A stretch of 64,000 bases of DNA from Octopus sinensis. Lineage: Eukaryota. The position numbers were made by a program, and so were the translations under genes. Below the pieces are notes generated by a model. It saw only the letters and a list, made by a program, of their open reading frames with translations, was not told the origin of the DNA and did no database searches. This document shows positions 57,064 to 64,000 of the stretch, one piece after another (the stretch's first letter is position 1; every line of letters starts with the position of its first letter). The stretch is taken from contig NC_043004.1 in NCBI RefSeq assembly GCF_006345805.1, positions 83,514,001 to 83,578,000 of the forward strand, in the 5' to 3' direction.

Positions 57064-60000
57064 TTTGTTTTCACTGTCCTGCTTGTATTACCAATTTTGA
57101 CCCTCCCCAAAATCCCAAATTTTATTTAATTTGATTTGCGGGAGCAACTGCTTCATCGAAAACATATGTTGTTGTTAAATGCTCGAAATATGAGAGTAGA
57201 GAAGCAGACCACAACTGATGAAGGGTCGTTTTTTATGTTGTTTGTCTTGTTTTCTAATTGTGTCCTTCGTGATTCATATTCCTTGTACTTGGGGTTCGTA
57301 TTTTTTGTTGTACACATTTTATGAAGTCCTGTGCCCACATATGCATATATATATGTAAAGATGTAAGTATGTGCATATATGTATGTTTATAGACATATAT
57401 ATATATATATATATATTATTTATATATATACATATATATATATATGAATGAATCCATAAATGTACGTTTCTAATTTATATATGAATATATACGTGTGCGC
57501 ATATGTATGTATACATACACACGCATCTGTATATGTGTGTGTGTGCTTATGTATGTAAACATATATATTTCGCGCACGCGCACGTACACACATATAATTG
57601 TATACACACTTACAAACGTACATACAGAGATTCATTCAAATTATATTTTGTAGCACGTTTTGGTAAAGTAACCAGTAATGAGATATTTCGGAATTATTTA
57701 TATTTTAACTAGTAGAAAATTCCATTTCCTCGTGACTATTCTGGTTAAAGATCGTAATTTAGATAATCATAGATGAAGAATGAGATAGGAGGAATTTATG
57801 AGGATGTATGAACATACTTACAAATTTTCCATTAAACAGCATCATAAAATATCGCAGAAAATATGTGTGAAATTTTATTTTAGGTATTTAAAGGAATCTT
57901 TAAAAAAATACCAATTTCTCAATCCATTGCATTTTGCTATCCACTCAAATATGCTAATTTCATTCTCCAGGAAAGAATATATTGACACAAGCATTTGTAT
58001 AAAGCATGTATTCTGAAATGTCTCTGAAAATTGTATGAAAGAAATATACTGTAGGATGGTACTGTGAAATAGTTAAATTCTTTAGAACGTAACACAGGTT
58101 GCTTTGTAGTAATTATTCGGGCTTTTAAAGTTCTGTCTACATTCCTCTCTGTTCAACTAGTCATGTCATCATTTTGTTGTCGACAAATAAAGTTTCAGAG
58201 AAGTACTGAGGGCGATGGTAACTTTCTGGAAAGTGTTGGTGTTAATTAGAAAATGACTAAGTCAGACATAATTGTTTATGCTCTTCGCTTTTTCTCAGTA
58301 AATTTCAATGGCAACCGTATCTAATACAGCTCACAGTTACAGATTCGTTCATATCCCAGAGAAAGGAATACACAACCTATTGGTGATCAGTAAAAACTGG
58401 ATGTGATATGTATTCATATCTGAACTACTACCAAATCATTTTAACTTTCTGAAATAAGAAAGAGAAAATTTTAAAAAATTACGATATCTTACCTTTTTCT
58501 ACATCCTTACATTTCAATACATTTTTTCTGTAGCTGACGTTGATCCATCTCTCCAGGTCATTTCTTAAAGACACGAGGATATCGAGACAAGTAAAGATTT
58601 GTTGGAGGCGATAGCTATACATCGCTAGTAGCCAGAGAAAAATAATATTACTTCAATTGGGTAATTGAATGAATTGTATCTTCTTCCCAAGCTACGAGTT
58701 CCCTTTGGCTGAAATGACTTCTAAATCGATAGGATACTTTCATACTGTTGTGTCGACGCTCCCAGACGACGAATTAGACTAGCCCAATACGTAGATATAT
58801 AGGGAGAAATCTAGACGTCGAGAAGTTGAGTAGAGGTCATCCGAACGTACGACATAACACATATATATTTGATTATATCAAATCTATAAGGTAATCTTAT
58901 GGAGAGGACCTAATATCCATTGACATATCAAATGAACTTCGTCGAGCGAAACGATATTTGTTCAGGATTTAACGGGTTGCCTACTTAATTTCATCGCCAT
59001 GCACAAATGTAATTCCAAATCATCTTCAGTATACAACTAACTCATAAAATTGTCATGCCTTATAGCTGAATAAAATACCTATATTCAAGCAAATTACAGG
59101 ATTACACTGGTCTTGAGGAGATTTTATGTTCGCACAGGAATATAGGCGTTCGTCTTATGAACTGAAAACATACAAAACAAGATATATTATTTGTGCCACA
59201 TCTTGGTAAATTAAACAGCGTTAATTAAGAATGTTATTTGCAATTACGTGAATGAGAAGATTTAGTTTGTATAATGTTAAAAGGTATTACAAAGTTTAGA
59301 TATAACCGTCACAGTCCAGAATTAAACTTGCGTCACTGTCAGAGATCACTTTTCTAATGACAATATACACTGTGAGTTTTAAAGATAATTTGATTATTAA
59401 AGAAAGAAAAAGGATGAAGTGTGGACAAAATAGTTTACAATATTAGTCAACATGGATGAGTGTTCGTAGTTGATGAATATGCTAGAAATAGCTGTCACAT
59501 CTGCCTTACATTAAACACCATCGTTTTAAAAAGCTGAAGAGGGTTACATTATAAGATGCGATTCTAGAAACCTCAGAATACTACCAGATATTCGAGATAG
59601 TCATGGCTGGAATAACTTTGGTCCAACGTACCATTCATAAGAGCTGACATAGAAATACACAACAAATGTAAAAATATCAAGTTATAAAAATAATATGAAA
59701 AAGCTAAAGGAATTTTAAAGTGACAATTGGGTAATATATATGTGTGAGAGTCTGTGTATACACTCAGAAAGATGTTATTCATAAAATTGCTACGGAAGCA
59801 GCTTTTGATATTTTTCCTGTGGTTCTACATTACAGGCGTCAAATTATGCTGAAAAGAGTGCAGGAGAATTCCATTTTCTCACATTACAAACTTTTTATAA
59901 ATGCATCGACATTTTTTTGTCTTTTCAAAACAAAGTTTCTCGATAGTTGTATGAAAAAATACTTTGTAATACAAATAAATTCAACGAGGGCATTGAGATC

Positions 60001-60329
60001 CTGTTTCTAAGTATAACTTTCTCCATCAAAAGACTCATTCACATGCGCATATAAAAAAATCTCACACGCAAAAATATACAGAAAAATACGGAAAAGGATT
60101 CAATTTCTGACTGATTGATTATATATGTCAGGATCAAATATTTTCAGAATAATTTTCTGCATGTTTACATTAAAACTAACAGCTCTGGTATTATATCAGC
60201 GACAGAAACTAAAACTTAATGCACTGTTCCGAGCCCTGCAACTTTTAGGGCCAGTTACCCGTTTCCATAAGATATAAGTAATGTTGATCATAACATTTCC
60301 CTTGAACAGGACATCAGTTAATCACAGGT

Positions 60330-60880
60330 TTAGTTGTTTGCAGCTGAGCAGACTGGAGTAATGTGAAATAATTTGCTTTCCTCATGAACACAATGCAACG
60401 TCTGGTCCGGGATTCCAATGCTCTATTTTATATCGTTACTGCCCACAAGGAGTTACACACAGAGGGGACACACTAGGACAGACAAACATATTAAGTCGAT
60501 TATATCGATCCCAGTGCGTAATTGGTACTTATTTAATCAATCCCGAATGGATGAAAGGCAAAGTCCTCCTCGGCGGATTTCGAACTCAGGACGCAGACTG
60601 AAAGACACACCTCATGTGTGTGTGAGTGTGTGTGTGTATGTGTGTGTGTGTGGTTGTGTCTCAATTTCTCCCCCAACCGCTTGAAAGCCGGTGTTGGTGT
60701 GTTTCCGTCCCATTAAACTCGCGGTTCGGCAACAGATACCAATGGAATGAGTACCAGGCGTTTAAAAGAATAAACACCGGGGTAGATACATTTGACTAAA
60801 AATTCTTCAAGGCGGTGCCACAGCATGACCGCTGACTAATGACTGCAACAAGTAAAAGGCAAAAAGATAAAAGATATTTA
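60330..60880 (+). mobile_element. Cluster of SINE fragments
   Basis: Blocks shared with the 16860-17040 and 40140-40310 SINEs. Confidence 0.6.
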
Positions 60881-61509
60881 AATAGTACTGAGATAAATAT
60901 ATTTTGCGGATGCACTTCTCAGCATTCGATAATATTGTTTAGAAGGCACTAGATAAAATCATTCATAAAAGAATAAAAGGAGAACTAGAACAGAACACGA
61001 CTGGCCTCACCTTCTTAGATTTGGTTCCTTTACTCTCTAACAGAGGCGCTGTTACACGGTGAAATTACTGTCGTCTGCGTGTAATGTATTCTTAATGAAA
61101 ACCATAGTAAGTTACTTAAGTTGTCAAATGTTCTTAGAAAATAAGAACATTTTATTTAAAGACACTTCATCAAAGACATTTAAAGACACAAAAAAGTATG
61201 CATCCATAAAGTTAAAAATACCTGTGTGTATGTATAGGGATATAATAAATATCCTGGCAACAGCTGTAAGACCTTCTATCTATAAATGTTCTAAAATCTA
61301 CACAACGTTGGTTCTTTATCTCATTACGAAAGGAAAAAAAATTATATACACACGCTGACATATGACCAACGTTGAACCCCTTATTACTTGATCACCAAAC
61401 CTGGAACTTAACTATGGTATATCTATAACACTAATTTAGCATTACCTGACACCTTTCGCTCTCAATGACACCATAACCTTTCATAAACTCTCTCTCTCTC
61501 TTTATATAT

Positions 61510-61569
61510 ATATATATATATATAGATAGATAGATATAGATAGATAGATAGATAGATAGATATAGATAT

Positions 61570-61600
<31 letters not shown>

Positions 61601-61724
61601 TAGATAGATAGATAGAGAGATAGATAGATAGAAGATAGATAGATAGATATAGAGAGAGATAGAGAGATAGAGAGACAGATAGACAGATAGATAGATAAAT
61701 AGATAGATAGATAGATAGAGATAG

Positions 61725-61782
<58 letters not shown>

Positions 61783-61817
61783 GATAGATAGATAGATAGA
61801 GATAGATAGATAGATAG

Positions 61818-61867
<50 letters not shown>

Positions 61868-61875
61868 TAGATATA
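61510..61875. repeat. (GATA)n tetranucleotide tract
   Basis: Read directly. Similar (TATC)n at 41990-42115 and 52425-52560, and (ACAT)n at 54880-55100. Confidence 0.95.
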
Positions 61876-62514
61876 TACAATGTTTGTTTTAAGTACTGTT
61901 GTAAATTCCATTTTACATTAATGAAACGAGTTCTTCTATACTGTTGTAGAGTACAAATTTATTTTTGTTCGAGAAAAATATTATTGGCTGTGACTTCCAA
62001 CTTTCGGCCAGATAAGCCATCGTGGGACTGCTTAAGTTGCTGAAACTTCGAAATCACCGTCAATGATATTCTTGTTTAAAAATGAAATATACAAAGAAAC
62101 ATACATATCCACACATTCAGACAACTCCAAATAGTGGTCAGAATTTACTGTCTTCGGTGAGAATGAAAAAAATATGGAATCAATGGATAGCAACACTCGA
62201 AGTAAAGGTGCAGATTATACTGAACATCGAAATTTTTACTTCTGACATAAACTGAACAATTTTAGGAAGAATTATATTTACGCATAATTTTGGTCTACAA
62301 GACATAATCAGCACTCTGTAGTGTTGCCTTGAATTAATTAAATTCGTGCATCAATTGATGTATGTACAAATTATATAAAATAAGCGTATTTTTGTGTTGT
62401 GGAAAGAGACGAGTCATGACACCTGTAAAGAGATATAAACACAGAGAACGACAGCAGGATAAACGTAGAGAAACACACAGGTAACCAACTAATACTATAT
62501 ATATATATATATAC

Positions 62515-62568
<54 letters not shown>

Positions 62569-63397
62569 TTATATATACTATATATATATATATATATACA
62601 TACACACGTGTCTGTGCATCTCTCTCTCAATCTTACCATATATATATATATATATTATATATATATATATATATATTCAGAAAACGAGATCAGTGGGAAT
62701 ACAAGCATATACAACATATATAAATATACACAGACGTATATTCAAGCACATATGCACGTGTAAATATACATACATATATCAATACATGCATGCTAGCATA
62801 GTTGTGTTTAGTGAAGAAGAAATTAAATTCCATAAGTTTACAAATATTATAAACCAATTTTTCTAAAAAATGAAACACTATATATATAACCAGAGGTTAA
62901 ACTGTTAATAAAAATAAACTCGATAGGAAATAACTGGAACTTTAACTGCGGTAAGATAATAAATGTATACTTACCTGAAAGTTTTTGCTACACACGCGCG
63001 CAAAATTGCTCGTTTTAAGAGTAGTCGCGATCAACTCACGTACATTCAAGCAATATTATTGATGGAAATAATTAAAGAATACATTATGCTTCATATTTTC
63101 TGCATTTTCTTAATATTTTATTCGTTGAATTCATATTCATACTCATATTTTTCGATATTTAAATTTTTTTTTTTTAAAGAAAAATGCCTCTTTACAAAAT
63201 AAGATTCAATTGAAGGAAGTTATAACAATATTAGTGAGGGTACGTACATAAAACATAACAAAATATAACAGCATAAATATAATTGAATGGTAGAAATTGT
63301 TTCATATCTTGTATGCGCATATGTATATACAGTGTATGTATGCATATATATATATATATATATACATATGTATATATATATATATTATATATATATA

Positions 63398-63456
<59 letters not shown>

Positions 63457-63712
63457 ATATATCAGTATATATGTAAATGTAAATTCATATAAATGTGACA
63501 TATATTTATGTTTGTTTGTAAATTTGTATATGTGTGTGCGTGTTTGTACGTGTGTGCCTGCGTGTATAAAGCCTAGCTTAAATTACCTACTTTGCTTTCC
63601 GCGCTTTAAGCAGTTAAAATTGTCATTGCATGTAAGTATACTACTACAGATAACATATAATCCACATAGATGCAGTCGGTAAATGCGATTTTCCACGCGT
63701 AAACATCTTAAC

Positions 63713-64000
63713 CTTGTTATATGATCGAATGTTTTCTCCAAGAAGTCGAGCTAAGTTCACGTCACAATGCTTGTATTGCTCATATATGCAATCTGCATAT
63801 ATTTCTACCGAACCCGATAAAGATTTTTCTCGTTGCCAATGTGAGTAATACAGCCTCTTCAGGCAAGTTTTTGTAATATCTTCTTGAATAATATTGCAAG
63901 TTTTTGCCGGCAAATCCTTCAGATACTCACAGAGAATATGCCGATCACGTGCAAACTTCACAGCTTTAAGGATATAATCAGATTTATTATCATCCAAATC
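63713..64000 (-). CDS. Coding exon of an unidentified gene, continuing beyond the window
   Basis: About 96 stop-free, high-complexity codons in AT-rich DNA (DDNKSDYILKAVKFARDRHILCEYLKD...LARLLGENIRSYNK), ending at a plausible phase-0 donor AAG|GTTAAG. No family recognised. Confidence 0.6.

Overview
AT-rich, intron-containing animal DNA. The SINE and microsatellite landscape suggests a coleoid cephalopod, probably Octopus (inference, not verified). The main host feature is a head-to-head pair of paralogous multi-pass membrane genes (8636-9658 minus, 13627-14649 plus) with the topology and motifs of the insect gustatory/odorant receptor superfamily (7tm_7, GR-like, 7TMIC). Both large exons are exactly 1023 nt and end in a phase-0 GTAAGT donor after TM6. 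A 69-nt phase-0/0 second exon for the plus-strand copy lies at 17208-17276. The TM7 exon(s) were not located with confidence. The paralogs share a near-identical 327-nt internal block inside otherwise divergent sequence, which looks like gene conversion. An unidentified coding exon runs off the right end on the minus strand. The rest is mostly transposon DNA: a complete but frameshifted 6-kb Helitron, Penelope-like elements with direct and inverted pseudo-LTRs, a chain of R4/Dong-like RLE retrotransposons in (TAA)n tracts, an in-frame internally deleted mariner nested in an RTE relic, RTE LINE fragments, a Chapaev-like relic, tRNA-SINEs, fold-back hairpins and many microsatellites. There is a 100-N gap at 5260-5359. 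No prokaryotic features (CRISPR, operons) are present.
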